Source of the DNA: Planctomycetota bacterium
GTDB taxonomy: Bacteria > Planctomycetota > JAJSAM01 > JAJVHW01
Length of the DNA: 64,000 nt
Direction of reading: 5' to 3'
Assembly (NCBI GenBank): GCA_965248445.1
Contig: CBDFJG010000002.1
Coordinates: 256,001 to 320,000, forward strand
Made by a program: the position numbers and the translations under genes. Under the pieces are notes generated by a model, which saw only the letters and a program-made list of their open reading frames with translations, had not been told where the DNA came from and ran no database searches. Positions 1-11,503 of this stretch are shown here, one piece after another (positions within the stretch are counted from its first letter, which is position 1; each line of letters starts with the position of its first letter).

Positions 1-341
1 ACGGGTCCGATGGGCTCGCGGGGGCGGATTGTCCGCCGTCACTCGGTAATGCGGTGGGCGCGGCCGTGTTCGAGTTCTTCGATCCGGATGGTGACTGCGT
101 CATCGACGCGCCCGAGAACACGGCGAACTTCGTCTTCGCCCTGATGCTGACCAATGCGTCGGAAGTTGCCGCGAACGGAGTGACCTTCACGGTGACGAAC
201 GGAGCGCAGGAGATCGCCCGACAGGCCGTGGACATCCCTGGCAGCCTCGGAGGGGTGCCCGGGTCGACTCTCGCCGGTGGCGCCATCGCGGTCGGCAGCG
301 CGGGTCAGCGGATCAGGCTGAAGTTGACGGGCGCCTCGTGA
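1..341 (+). CDS. Hypothetical beta-rich (probably extracellular) protein, 5' partial
   Basis: Frame is open from the window edge to TGA at 341; GC3-biased codons; may be continuous with 338..727 through a 1-bp frameshift. Confidence 0.6.
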   Translation, partial: GSDGLAGADCPPSLGNAVGAAVFEFFDPDGDCVIDAPENTANFVFALMLTNASEVAANGVTFTVTNGAQEIARQAVDIPGSLGGVPGSTLAGGAIAVGSAGQRIRLKLTGAS

Positions 342-727
342 AGAAGTTCACGATTCGCGCGGTGGAGGTCGCGTGTCAGGAGACGTTCAACGACGTTCCG
401 ACCGCGACGTTCTCGATGACCATCAAGGACGGCACGACCGAGGTGTTCGGCGGGAGTGCGTTCGGTCCTCTCCCGGTGGGTCGCACCCTCAGCATCACCG
501 GTACGCTGTTCAAGGACGGCGGCGGGCCTGACCTCACCAACACCAGCCTGGAGATCCGGGTCGACGGTCAGACTATCTACTCCGAGGAGGTCGCGGGACC
601 GGTGGCGAAGCTCACGGCCGTCCCGCCGGGCACCGGGACGGTCACGGCGTCCGGCCCGGGTTGCTTCGAGATCCTCATCAACGGTGTCGTCGACAGCCGG
701 TTCCAGATCGGCACCATCGACCCGTAG
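338..727 (+). CDS. Hypothetical beta-rich (Ig-like?) protein
   Basis: ORF with typical codon bias, GTGA overlap with the previous ORF, followed by a strong hairpin. Confidence 0.6.
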   Translation: MKKFTIRAVEVACQETFNDVPTATFSMTIKDGTTEVFGGSAFGPLPVGRTLSITGTLFKDGGGPDLTNTSLEIRVDGQTIYSEEVAGPVAKLTAVPPGTGTVTASGPGCFEILINGVVDSRFQIGTIDP

Positions 728-738
728 CAGACCGCCGG

Positions 739-766
739 GGCACCCGGGTGCGTACGCCCGGGTGCC
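739..766 (+). terminator. GC-rich hairpin, probable terminator (no U tract)
   Basis: GGCACCCGGG-N8-CCCGGGTGCC perfect 10-bp stem just after the stop at 727. Confidence 0.5.
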
Positions 767-948
767 GGCGCTCGGCCGGTGCCCGTGCGGCGTGATCGAC
801 GACCCTGTCGGCGGTCCCGCGGGTACCGTGAGGCCGCTGTGAACGAGACTCCGCCCCGGAAGCCCCGCAGTCCGGCGTTGATGGTCGTGGCGCTCCTCGC
901 CAGCCACTGCGTTGGTGTGTCCTGTGCGCGCACTGACGAGGCGGGTGC

Positions 949-1485
949 GTGACCGTGCCGACTCCGCGGTCGGGACCGGATGGACTTCACATTCGGCACG
1001 CAGTCCGCAGCGACTTTGCGCGACTGACGGAGATCCGCGCGCAGCGAGGTGTTGCTCTCGAGGAGGCGCGGACCTGGGCCGAGCGAAACGTGGCGCGCGC
1101 CGAGGATCCCGAACTCGACTGCGTGCTGTTCGTGGCCGAACACGAAGGCCTGGTTGTCGCCTACGGCGTCGCGGCGCACTTTGAACCGCCGCCCGACGCC
1201 CCGGCGAACTGCGCACTCGCAGGCGACTACCTGGTGGGGCTGGGTGTCGACATCGCGCATCGGCGGCGCGGCATCGCGACGGCGCTCGTGCGTCGCCGGC
1301 TCGAGTGGATTGCGGGACGAGCGGATACGGCGTACTACTTCGCGGATGACGACAACGCCGCGTCGATCGCGCTGCACGACCGATTCGGGTTCGAGCCCGT
1401 GATGCGCGGCATCTGGTTCCCAGGGCTGCAGAGCCCGGACGAGCCGATGACGCTCTATCACGCGCCGGCCGTCGAGCGGGCCTGA
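949..1485 (+). CDS. GNAT family N-acetyltransferase
   Basis: Motif A VDIAHRRRGIATAL and motif B DNAASIALHDRFGF. Confidence 0.85.
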   Translation: MTVPTPRSGPDGLHIRHAVRSDFARLTEIRAQRGVALEEARTWAERNVARAEDPELDCVLFVAEHEGLVVAYGVAAHFEPPPDAPANCALAGDYLVGLGVDIAHRRRGIATALVRRRLEWIAGRADTAYYFADDDNAASIALHDRFGFEPVMRGIWFPGLQSPDEPMTLYHAPAVERA

Positions 1486-1596
1486 CTGCGGCCGTGCGGT
1501 CGTGGAGGAACACGTCGCGGCTCTCGTTCTCGTCGGCAGGGACGAGATTCGTGGGGGTGGGCGCGATCCACAGACCCGCTATGGCCGGGCTGGAGG

Positions 1597-3870
<2,274 letters not shown>

Positions 3871-3928
3871 CTATCGACACGACTCTGTGATTGCCACAAG
3901 TTACCAATTGCAGTAGAGTGTCATACAG

Positions 3929-4363
3929 ATGGGCACCCGATTCGACGACCACACCGCCCTGCGCGAGCTGTTCCGCGACCACGGGCTCGCGTTCACCGTG
4001 CAGCGGCAGACGATCTACCGCGTGCTCCGGGAGCGTGAAGACCACCCGACCGCCGACGATGTCTACGAGGTCGTCCTCGACCGACTGCCGGGTGTCAGTC
4101 GCACCACGGTCTACCGCTCGCTCGAGTCGTTCGTGGACCGTGGGCTCGCCCGCCGCGTCGGCCACCCCGGCGCGAGCACTCGCTACGACCCCAAGACGCA
4201 TATGCACCACCACTTCGTGTGCGAGGACTGCGACGCGTTGATCGATGTGGAGCCGGCCTCCGTGCTGGGCGTCGATCGTCCGCGCATCCGCGGCCGCGGG
4301 CTCACCGTGCATGACGTGAGCGTCCAGTTCACCGGGCGCTGCTCCGACTGCCGCGCCCAGTAG
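3929..4363 (+). CDS. Fur family transcriptional repressor (PerR/FurA-like)
   Basis: HPTADDV, SRTTVYRSL, HHHFVCEDC and CSDC zinc motifs; divergent from katG. Confidence 0.92.
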   Translation: MGTRFDDHTALRELFRDHGLAFTVQRQTIYRVLREREDHPTADDVYEVVLDRLPGVSRTTVYRSLESFVDRGLARRVGHPGASTRYDPKTHMHHHFVCEDCDALIDVEPASVLGVDRPRIRGRGLTVHDVSVQFTGRCSDCRAQ

Positions 4364-4380
4364 CCCAGTAGCCCAGTAGC
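4355..4380. repeat. 8-bp tandem repeat (GCCCAGTA)x3
   Basis: GCCCAGTAGCCCAGTAGCCCAGTAGC spanning the fur stop codon between convergent genes. Confidence 0.8.
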
Positions 4381-4395
4381 CGGCTAGGCGCGCGC

Positions 4396-5883
4396 CTACT
4401 GCGCGCGGCGCAACGCGACCAGCTGGTACACCTCGCCGGCGCCCAGCCGGATGCGAGCGAGCCGTTGCACCGGGCCGCGGCGCCCGGACTCCTCGAACAG
4501 CACGAGCGCCGGTGACGCAGGCGCGAGACGACCGACCTCGGTCCACTCTCCACCAACCCGCTCGACCATCCGGGCCGCGTCGCGCTCGCTGGCGAGAATC
4601 AGGTCGACGTCAGCGCGCGCCGTCGCGTCGAGCACGTCGAGGTGGCGACCGAGCGAGAGCGTCGCCGCACGGTCCCGCAGGCCGTAGTACGCCTGGAATC
4701 CGGCGAGCACGTGGTCTCCCGGTTGCACGTGCGCTGCGATGAACGCGTCGGCTCGAGCGGGGTCGCGGGCCTCCCATTGGATCCCGGTGACGGCTGTGCG
4801 GAGCGGCAGTCCCGCGCACGCGGCAGCGAGTAGTCCCCACCCAGCGATGCGAATGGAGCGTCCCTCGTGTGCGAACGCGCGGTCGAGCTGTGCGACGGCG
4901 CCCACTGCAACCGGCAGGAACGCCATCCACGTGTAGTAGCTCGGGTAGCGCCCCGCCATCGCCATACCGGCCGGGATCACGAGCAGTGCGAGCACCGCGA
5001 AGATCGCCGGGCGCACGTCCGAATTGCCGCGGCGCACGCACCAGACGGCAGCAATGACCGCCGCGGCTGCCAGCGCACCCGCACTCGGATCCGTCACGAA
5101 CACGCCGGGCATCGAGCCGAACAGATGATGCGCCCGCGTGCCGAGATCCGAACGCAGACCACCGCGCGCCATGTGCTCGATCAGCGTCTCTCGCGTACCG
5201 GCGACCGTGTGCAGCACGTGGAAGAGCCCGTATCCCGCCGCCATGCCGGCCCCGGTGACGACGGCGTCCACAAGCCGCTTGCGCCCGAAGCAGGCCAGGC
5301 CGAGGCCCGCGATGAGGGCTCCGTACGGCATCAATTGGAGACCGCAAAACGGAGCGGCGATTCCGATCGCCAGTAGAACCACTCGGCGGCGCAACGCCGG
5401 CGCGATGGCGAGCGCTGCGAACGCGAGGGCAACGAGCACGATGCCCTCGACGTCGTAGCGCCCGCTGCGGTACGTGCGCGTGATTCCGAAGCCGGTGACG
5501 ACGGTCGCAGCGAGCGCTATACGGAGCCACGGGCGGGTGACAGCGCCGAGTCGGCGCGCGCCGCACCACATCGCCACGGCGGCGCCCGTGATCAGGAGGT
5601 GATTGAGCGAACGGGCGGCCAGCATCCCGGTACCGAACACCTTCATCCAGGCGGCCAGGAGCCACGTGTGCGGGCGGCCGAGCGCCATCACTCCCGCGAC
5701 GTCCGGGTCCCATGGATAGCTGCGCGTCTCGAGGCCCGCGCCGCTCAGCCAGCGGAACACGGGATCCACGACCTGCACCTCGTCCTGCCAGGCGATGGGC
5801 GACCGCGCGCCGGTGACGAGGTTCACGACGAGGGCCGTTCCCAGCACGACCGCCAGCGCGGTGCGTTCGCGCGAAGCCGTCAT
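4396..5883 (-). CDS. Polytopic membrane protein, GT-C fold glycosyltransferase-like (ArnT/PMT type)
   Basis: WQDE after TM1, ARSL and GRYD motifs, about 10-12 hydrophobic segments; in an operon with GT2 and a sulfotransferase. Confidence 0.65.
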   Translation of the reverse strand: MTASRERTALAVVLGTALVVNLVTGARSPIAWQDEVQVVDPVFRWLSGAGLETRSYPWDPDVAGVMALGRPHTWLLAAWMKVFGTGMLAARSLNHLLITGAAVAMWCGARRLGAVTRPWLRIALAATVVTGFGITRTYRSGRYDVEGIVLVALAFAALAIAPALRRRVVLLAIGIAAPFCGLQLMPYGALIAGLGLACFGRKRLVDAVVTGAGMAAGYGLFHVLHTVAGTRETLIEHMARGGLRSDLGTRAHHLFGSMPGVFVTDPSAGALAAAAVIAAVWCVRRGNSDVRPAIFAVLALLVIPAGMAMAGRYPSYYTWMAFLPVAVGAVAQLDRAFAHEGRSIRIAGWGLLAAACAGLPLRTAVTGIQWEARDPARADAFIAAHVQPGDHVLAGFQAYYGLRDRAATLSLGRHLDVLDATARADVDLILASERDAARMVERVGGEWTEVGRLAPASPALVLFEESGRRGPVQRLARIRLGAGEVYQLVALRRAQ

Positions 5884-6629
5884 GATGTCCAGGCGGAGAG
5901 GTCGAGATCGAACGCGTGTGTCAGCGCAGCGTTCGACTCCTGAAATCGCTCGCGCAAGAGCGCGAGGACGGACGACGGAGTCTCCGGACCCGTGCGTTCT
6001 GCGGAGTGCACGCGCTCAGTGAACACGTCTGGGACGAAGTCCGTTTCGACACCGGCGAACTCGAACACCTCGCGCAGCCGCTCCCGCGATGTGCTGAGGT
6101 CTTCGAGCAGCACGACGCGCAGCCGGTCCCCGAAGACGTCGGCGTACGGGGCGAGGTACTCGACGTATCGGCCGCGGCGCACGTATGCGTAGGGCGAGGC
6201 GGACAGACGAGTTCGGTCGTAGTCCTGCCAGCGTTCGTCCTCGTCGCGGAACGCCACTTCCATCGGGTCGGCCTCGAGGCCGTTCTCGACACTGAACCAG
6301 TAGTTCGAGACAGCGCGCTCCACGGGGTCGCGAAGCACGACGATCAACTTGACGCCTGGGAGCGTCTCATCGATGCGGCGCGCGCACTCGGGGTACTCGA
6401 GGTAGCTCGTGCTCTTCTCCCCGCGGACGAGTTCGTCGGTCGCGCCGCCGAAGTAGCGCTGTTCGTAGTCGTCCAGCGAGATCTCCGTCGCCGCGCGCTG
6501 CAGGAAGTACTTCGGCTCCGGCCGCACGGGCTGAGCCATGGCTACGTCCGGGTGTGCATCAAGGAGCCGGTACAGGTATGTCGACCCCGACCGCTGGGCT
6601 CCCGGAATGACGACGTATCGCCGCGACAT
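5880..6629 (-). CDS. Sulfotransferase
   Basis: 5'-PSB GAQRSGSTYL, EPKYF, GEKST, 3'-PB LRDPVERAVS. Confidence 0.9.
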   Translation of the reverse strand: MSRRYVVIPGAQRSGSTYLYRLLDAHPDVAMAQPVRPEPKYFLQRAATEISLDDYEQRYFGGATDELVRGEKSTSYLEYPECARRIDETLPGVKLIVVLRDPVERAVSNYWFSVENGLEADPMEVAFRDEDERWQDYDRTRLSASPYAYVRRGRYVEYLAPYADVFGDRLRVVLLEDLSTSRERLREVFEFAGVETDFVPDVFTERVHSAERTGPETPSSVLALLRERFQESNAALTHAFDLDLSAWTS

Positions 6630-6636
6630 GGTCCCG

Positions 6637-7617
6637 TCAGCGGCCCCCACCGACGACATCGCGCACGTGGTAGTTCTGCGTCGTGCTGGTCTGGCGCAGC
6701 AGACGGACGAGGTACTCGCCGATCATGCTCAGCATCAGCACGGTCACCCCGTTGAGGAATGTCAGGAGCACGACGATCGACGCCCAGCCCGGGACGTCGC
6801 CCACTCCCATCAGGGCGCGGATGCCGAACCACACGCCCACCGCCATGCTCGCGACGGCCACGAACGCGCCGAACACCGTGACGACGCGCAAGGGGTACGA
6901 CGAGTAGTTGAACAGGATGCGCATGACCAGTTCGGTGATCTTCACGAACCCGTAGCCGCTCGTACCGATCTTGCGCGGTTCGTGACGCACGTCGACGCTC
7001 GCGCGCCGACCGGAGTGCATCATCGCCAGTCCTGGCACGTACGGGTATCCCGTGCGGAAAGCGCAGATGCGCTGCACGACGTCGCGGGTCAGGATGCGGA
7101 AGTTCGAGATCGTCAGATCGCGGGGTTGGTCAAAGACGCGCCGGTTGATCCACGTGACGACGCGACTGCCCAGTCGGCGGTGTGTGGCGTGCTGCTTCTG
7201 CGCGAAGCGGCCGAAGACCAGGTCGTACCCCTCGTGGATCTTGCGGATCAGGTGAATCATCTCCTCCGGCGGATTCTGCAGATCGTCGTCGAGGGTGATG
7301 ACGTAGTCACCGGAGGCGTGGGCGAATCCGCACACGAGCGCGTTGTGCTGTCCGTAGTTGCGGAGCAGGTCCACGGCGACGACGGCCGGGTGCTCGGCTG
7401 CGATCCTGCGAACGGCCTCCCAACTTCCGTCGGTGCTGCCGTCGTTGACGGCCACGACCTCGCCGTCGAGTCCCGCCCGGTCGAACACCTGGAGGCAGCG
7501 CGTGATCACCTCGCCGACGGAGTCCTGACTGTTGTAGACGGGGATGACCGCCGAGTAGCGGACGGCTCTCGCCTGCTCGGGCAGATCGATCGGGTGGGCG
7601 GCTTCGGTCTCGCTCAT
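6637..7617 (-). CDS. GT2 polyprenol-phosphate glycosyltransferase (ArnC/GtrB-like)
   Basis: VIPVYNS, VNDGSTD, RNYGQHNAL, TLDDDLQNPPE, two C-terminal TM helices ending GEYL. Confidence 0.9.
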   Translation of the reverse strand: MSETEAAHPIDLPEQARAVRYSAVIPVYNSQDSVGEVITRCLQVFDRAGLDGEVVAVNDGSTDGSWEAVRRIAAEHPAVVAVDLLRNYGQHNALVCGFAHASGDYVITLDDDLQNPPEEMIHLIRKIHEGYDLVFGRFAQKQHATHRRLGSRVVTWINRRVFDQPRDLTISNFRILTRDVVQRICAFRTGYPYVPGLAMMHSGRRASVDVRHEPRKIGTSGYGFVKITELVMRILFNYSSYPLRVVTVFGAFVAVASMAVGVWFGIRALMGVGDVPGWASIVVLLTFLNGVTVLMLSMIGEYLVRLLRQTSTTQNYHVRDVVGGGR

Positions 7618-7775
7618 GGTGGCGCGCTCGGAGCGCGAGTCTGCCACACGTTCCCGGATGTCCGGGCGTTACTATCCCCTCGCGCCGTGACGATCACGAC
7701 TGACCCCGGAATTCCGCAGTCCTCGCGCGTGGAAGGCGAGATCCGCTAGCCCGTCCCGGACGGCGGCGCGCCGCG

Positions 7776-8648
7776 ATGGCGATTCTCTGTCCCCGCTGCC
7801 GCGCGGCCCTGCCTGCGGTCGATGGGGCGTGCAGTTCGTGCGGTCGCCCGGCGGTCTTGTCCGACGGCGCCGTGTTGTTCCATCCCGAGGTCGCCGGCGA
7901 CCACGCCGACTACGACGCGGGGCGGCATCAGCGCCTGCGCGAAGTGGAAGCGGCGCACTTCTGGTTCGTGACCCGGCGTCGTGTCATCGCCGGGATGTTC
8001 GAACGGCACGTTGCCTCGTCTGCGCGCGTGATCGAGATCGGTGCCGGAACCGGCGGCAACGCGCGCATGTTGCAGGACCTCGGCTACGGGAACTTGGCGG
8101 TCGGGGAACTCCACTCCAGTGGCGTGCGGCTTGCGGAGGAGTATGGAATCCGCGAGCGCTATCAGCTCGATTTGCTCCGCAATCCGTTCGTCGAGGAATT
8201 CGATGCCGTGGCGCTGTTCGACGTCATCGAGCACATCGAGGAGGACGCGGCGGCAGCGGGAGAGTTGCACCGCATGCTGCGTCCGGGTGGGCATGCCCTC
8301 TTCACCGTACCTGCGCACATGTGGCTGTGGAGCGCGCACGACGTGCGGGCGCGCCACAAGCGCCGCTACACGAAGCGCACGTTTCGGGCGTTGCTGCAAG
8401 GCGCCGGGTTCGAACTGCTCGAGCTGCGCCACTTCTTCTCCGCGCTACTGCCGATGCTGCTCCTGCGTCACTGGCGCCACGACCCGGACGTTCCCGTGGA
8501 ACCCGGCGGACACGAGCCGGATTTCCATCCGCCGGCGGCGCTGAACACCGCTGCGCGGATCGTGCTGGGGATCGATGCATCCATCGCTCGCGCCGTCCCG
8601 CTGCCGGCCGGCGGGAGCATGTGGGCCGTGGCACGCAAGCCCGGCTGA
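7776..8648 (+). CDS. Class I SAM-dependent methyltransferase
   Basis: IEIGAGTGG motif I, FDVIEHIE, LRPGG, TVPAHMWLWS..D...HKRRY; N-terminal CxxC..CxxC. Confidence 0.88.
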   Translation: MAILCPRCRAALPAVDGACSSCGRPAVLSDGAVLFHPEVAGDHADYDAGRHQRLREVEAAHFWFVTRRRVIAGMFERHVASSARVIEIGAGTGGNARMLQDLGYGNLAVGELHSSGVRLAEEYGIRERYQLDLLRNPFVEEFDAVALFDVIEHIEEDAAAAGELHRMLRPGGHALFTVPAHMWLWSAHDVRARHKRRYTKRTFRALLQGAGFELLELRHFFSALLPMLLLRHWRHDPDVPVEPGGHEPDFHPPAALNTAARIVLGIDASIARAVPLPAGGSMWAVARKPG

Positions 8649-8653
8649 CGTCG

Positions 8654-10093
8654 TCAGTCTGACGCGGGCCGCTCGGCGAGCCAGCGGCGGAACCGCAGGT
8701 CCAGCGCCGGGAGATCGAGCCCGGTCGCCTCGCGGATCGCATCCTCTGCGCGTTCACTCTTGCCGATCCGCCGCAGCAGGTCGTTGCACTGGTTCGCGCG
8801 GCCTTCCAGGAGGTACGCGGCGAACGCGTGCGCGACCAGCGCGTCGGCGGCGGTGAAGATCCGCAGCGGCCGGTGCAGGACGTCCCGCAGCGCAGGTGCG
8901 TCGTCGCCCGCGAGCAACTCGCGTGCGGCGCGGTACCAGTCCTCGTCCCTCGAGAGCGACCGCAGGTCCTCTCCCTCCGCGTTCCCGTACCGCGACTGAC
9001 CGACCATCCAGTTCAGCCGGGTACCGCAGAGTTGCCAGGTCAGACGCAGCCCGAAGCCCTCACCCGCCCACGCGTGCTTGCCGGAATCGACGCCGAACTC
9101 GCGCAGGAGCATCTTGTTCACGGTCTGTCGCGTTGTGGCGTCAATGCGCCGCTCTGACGGTGCGAGCCAGGTCCCGAAGTCGTTTGTGTTCGGTATCCAG
9201 TAGCCGCCGAGTTCGCGCGTGCGCCGCTTGTGCTTGCCGCCCTGGAGGGCGGGGTGGGCGCCCACGAAGGCGATGCGCAACTCCTGCGTGTGAAGGAGGT
9301 AGAGGCGATACGGAGCCCACAACTTGCGCTTCGCACCTACGGCTGCGCGCAGGAGTGCAGGGGCCGCCTCGGCGCACAGCGCGGCGCGGGCGGACTCTCC
9401 CGGGCTGGTTGTCGAGAGCGCCTGCACGTTGTAGGTGAGGCTCGCTCCGCGCCATTCGACCCCGAGCTTCTGCTGGAAGTCGGACGGCTCGAACGCAGCA
9501 GGTTCCCCGATCTTCGTGAACGCTTCGGCGACGGTCTTCGTCAGCGCGGCGCGCACCTCGGCGGCCATCACGGTCTCGCTGAGCACCCACTCGCCGGCGC
9601 CGAGGTCGATCTCGTCGTGCCTTCTGCGCACGGAGGCGTCGGCGGGCGACAACTCCACGAGATCGGCCAACACGCGTTCGACCGTGCCCCCCGCGAGACC
9701 GGGATGCTGGTCCAGCAGCGCGAGGACCCGGGTCGTGTGTCCGGACAGCACCTCCGCGCGCCGGTGCGGGTACTGCGCGAGCGCGGACCTGTCGCGATCG
9801 CCCTTCTTCGCCATCCGCGGACTGCGGCCCCAGGAGCCGTCTGACTTCTTCGCGAACCCCAGCCACTTCCGCGCATCCGGCTGATCCTCGTCGAGCGTCA
9901 GGATGTGGTTGGCGATGTCGGTCTTTTTGTCGTGCAGGCGGCGCTTCTCGCACCACTTCCCCAACTCGACGAGGAGCGCGGGCAGCTCCGCGCGCGTCTT
10001 CTCGAGGTCGGTGGTGAAGTCCTGTGCGCGCACCGGCACCGCGGCGACAGCTGCCAGGACGATGGCGGTCAGCGCGATCAGTTGGATCCTCAT
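8654..10093 (-). CDS. Secreted hypothetical protein, degenerate gluzincin/DUF1570-like (paralog 1)
   Basis: Start re-assigned to ATG 10093 (MRIQLIALTAIVLAAVAAVPVRA signal peptide, ATGA overlap with upstream gene); W..EG motif; similar to 11504..12943. Confidence 0.7.
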   Translation of the reverse strand: MRIQLIALTAIVLAAVAAVPVRAQDFTTDLEKTRAELPALLVELGKWCEKRRLHDKKTDIANHILTLDEDQPDARKWLGFAKKSDGSWGRSPRMAKKGDRDRSALAQYPHRRAEVLSGHTTRVLALLDQHPGLAGGTVERVLADLVELSPADASVRRRHDEIDLGAGEWVLSETVMAAEVRAALTKTVAEAFTKIGEPAAFEPSDFQQKLGVEWRGASLTYNVQALSTTSPGESARAALCAEAAPALLRAAVGAKRKLWAPYRLYLLHTQELRIAFVGAHPALQGGKHKRRTRELGGYWIPNTNDFGTWLAPSERRIDATTRQTVNKMLLREFGVDSGKHAWAGEGFGLRLTWQLCGTRLNWMVGQSRYGNAEGEDLRSLSRDEDWYRAARELLAGDDAPALRDVLHRPLRIFTAADALVAHAFAAYLLEGRANQCNDLLRRIGKSERAEDAIREATGLDLPALDLRFRRWLAERPASD

Positions 10094-11469
10094 GCAGCCG
10101 CCAGTGCGACGATCGCGAACGTGACCGAGTTGACGCATGCGTGCGCCACGATCGGCGCCACGAGCGATCCGCGCCACTCCCGGATGAGCGCGAGACCGAA
10201 TCCGATGGCCGTGAGTGCCGGCAGCCCGGCCACGCCCTGCGGATGGATACCGGCGAACAGGACGCCGGAGAACGTCGCCGAGAGGAGTACAGACAGGATC
10301 ACCGCCCGCCTCCGTGTGATCGAACGCAGGTGGTGATAGAGCGCACCACGGAACACGATTTCCTCGAGGATCGGGGCGGCCACGACGCCGACCAAGATCA
10401 CGGTCACCGCCATGGATGGACTCTCCGTGAACATGCCGACGACAGGGTGCCCCGCTGTCGGCGCACCTGCCTGCTGCAGCAGGAACGCGAGGACCGCTCC
10501 GAGCGCGATGAGAGGGAGCATCCCCACGTACGACACGACGCCGATCCCCGCCTCGCGCCAGAACCCCTTGCCGACATGCAGCCCCATGCGCTTCCGGATC
10601 GCCGGCCACGCGATCCCGTGCCGCCGCGGGATCCAGAGCGCGCCGAGAGAGATCACCTGGGCAGCGAAGACCGCCAGGAGCAGGACGATCCCGCCCTGGT
10701 TGCGCGTCGCGTACTCGCCCAGCATCGTCAATCCCAAGAAGGCGATCAACCACACGGCGAACGTCTCGACGAACGAACCCGCCGGCCCGTCTTCCGCGAG
10801 GTACCCCGCATCCACGGAGCCGAAACGCACGCGCACGACGAACAGGATGAACAGCGCTGCACCCAGTAGCACACCGCCAGCACCGAGCACGACGACGGCG
10901 ATGTTCACGATCGCCGTGCGCCGCGCGTCGGCCATCAGCTCAGACCGTGCCGCTTCGTCACCCTCTGACTCGGGGTGCAGCGCGAGCTGCGCCGTCCACC
11001 CATACTGTTCGTGCAGCCGCTCTTTCGCCGAGTCCGGGAGCGCAGCAGCGGCTGTCGCGATGTCTTCCCCCTCGTAGAGCCGCTCGAGGACCTGTGCTGC
11101 CAGCAGGTGGTCCGACACGTCGGCGCCGCTCGCCTGCTCCGTCGTGATGCTCGCTTCGAGGCCCTCGATCCGCTTGCGCGCGTCTTGCGCACCGTGCAAG
11201 TCGGCGGCCAGCACGACACCCGCGGCCCGCTCGTGCAGCGATCCCTTCGCGAACGTGTGCTCCATCTGCGCGAGTCCGCCCGCGACCCCCAGCTCGCGCA
11301 TGCCGAGCGCGCTGCGCAGCTGGATCTCGGCGACCATTCGGTCCGTCTCGCCGTGCGACCCGTCCGAGAGGTACGTCGCGGCGGCCAGCCCGCCGACCGC
11401 GCAGAGTACGGCCACCCACGCGAGCCACATCGCGGGGCGAGACGAGCGTGTGGCCGGATGATGGGTCAC
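10090..11469 (-). CDS. CPBP (CAAX/Abi) intramembrane metalloprotease
   Basis: APILEEIVFRG, FAGIH and HACVN motifs; multiple TM helices. Confidence 0.9.
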   Translation of the reverse strand: MTHHPATRSSRPAMWLAWVAVLCAVGGLAAATYLSDGSHGETDRMVAEIQLRSALGMRELGVAGGLAQMEHTFAKGSLHERAAGVVLAADLHGAQDARKRIEGLEASITTEQASGADVSDHLLAAQVLERLYEGEDIATAAAALPDSAKERLHEQYGWTAQLALHPESEGDEAARSELMADARRTAIVNIAVVVLGAGGVLLGAALFILFVVRVRFGSVDAGYLAEDGPAGSFVETFAVWLIAFLGLTMLGEYATRNQGGIVLLLAVFAAQVISLGALWIPRRHGIAWPAIRKRMGLHVGKGFWREAGIGVVSYVGMLPLIALGAVLAFLLQQAGAPTAGHPVVGMFTESPSMAVTVILVGVVAAPILEEIVFRGALYHHLRSITRRRAVILSVLLSATFSGVLFAGIHPQGVAGLPALTAIGFGLALIREWRGSLVAPIVAHACVNSVTFAIVALAAA

Positions 11470-11503
11470 GCGCGGACTCTACTTGACGCGTCGCAGCGGA
11501 TGT

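Noticed and set aside
839..952. 37-codon ORF (VNETPPRKPRSPALMVVALLASHC...) overlapping the GNAT start
   Set aside because: Too short and no independent support; could be chance.
3889..3925. AT-rich imperfect palindromes between katG and fur as a PerR/Fur box
   Set aside because: Position is plausible but symmetry is too weak to define a site.
8654..10753. 699-aa ORF as called by the ORF track
   Set aside because: The first ~220 aa overlap the CPBP gene in another frame; the real start is the signal peptide at 10093.
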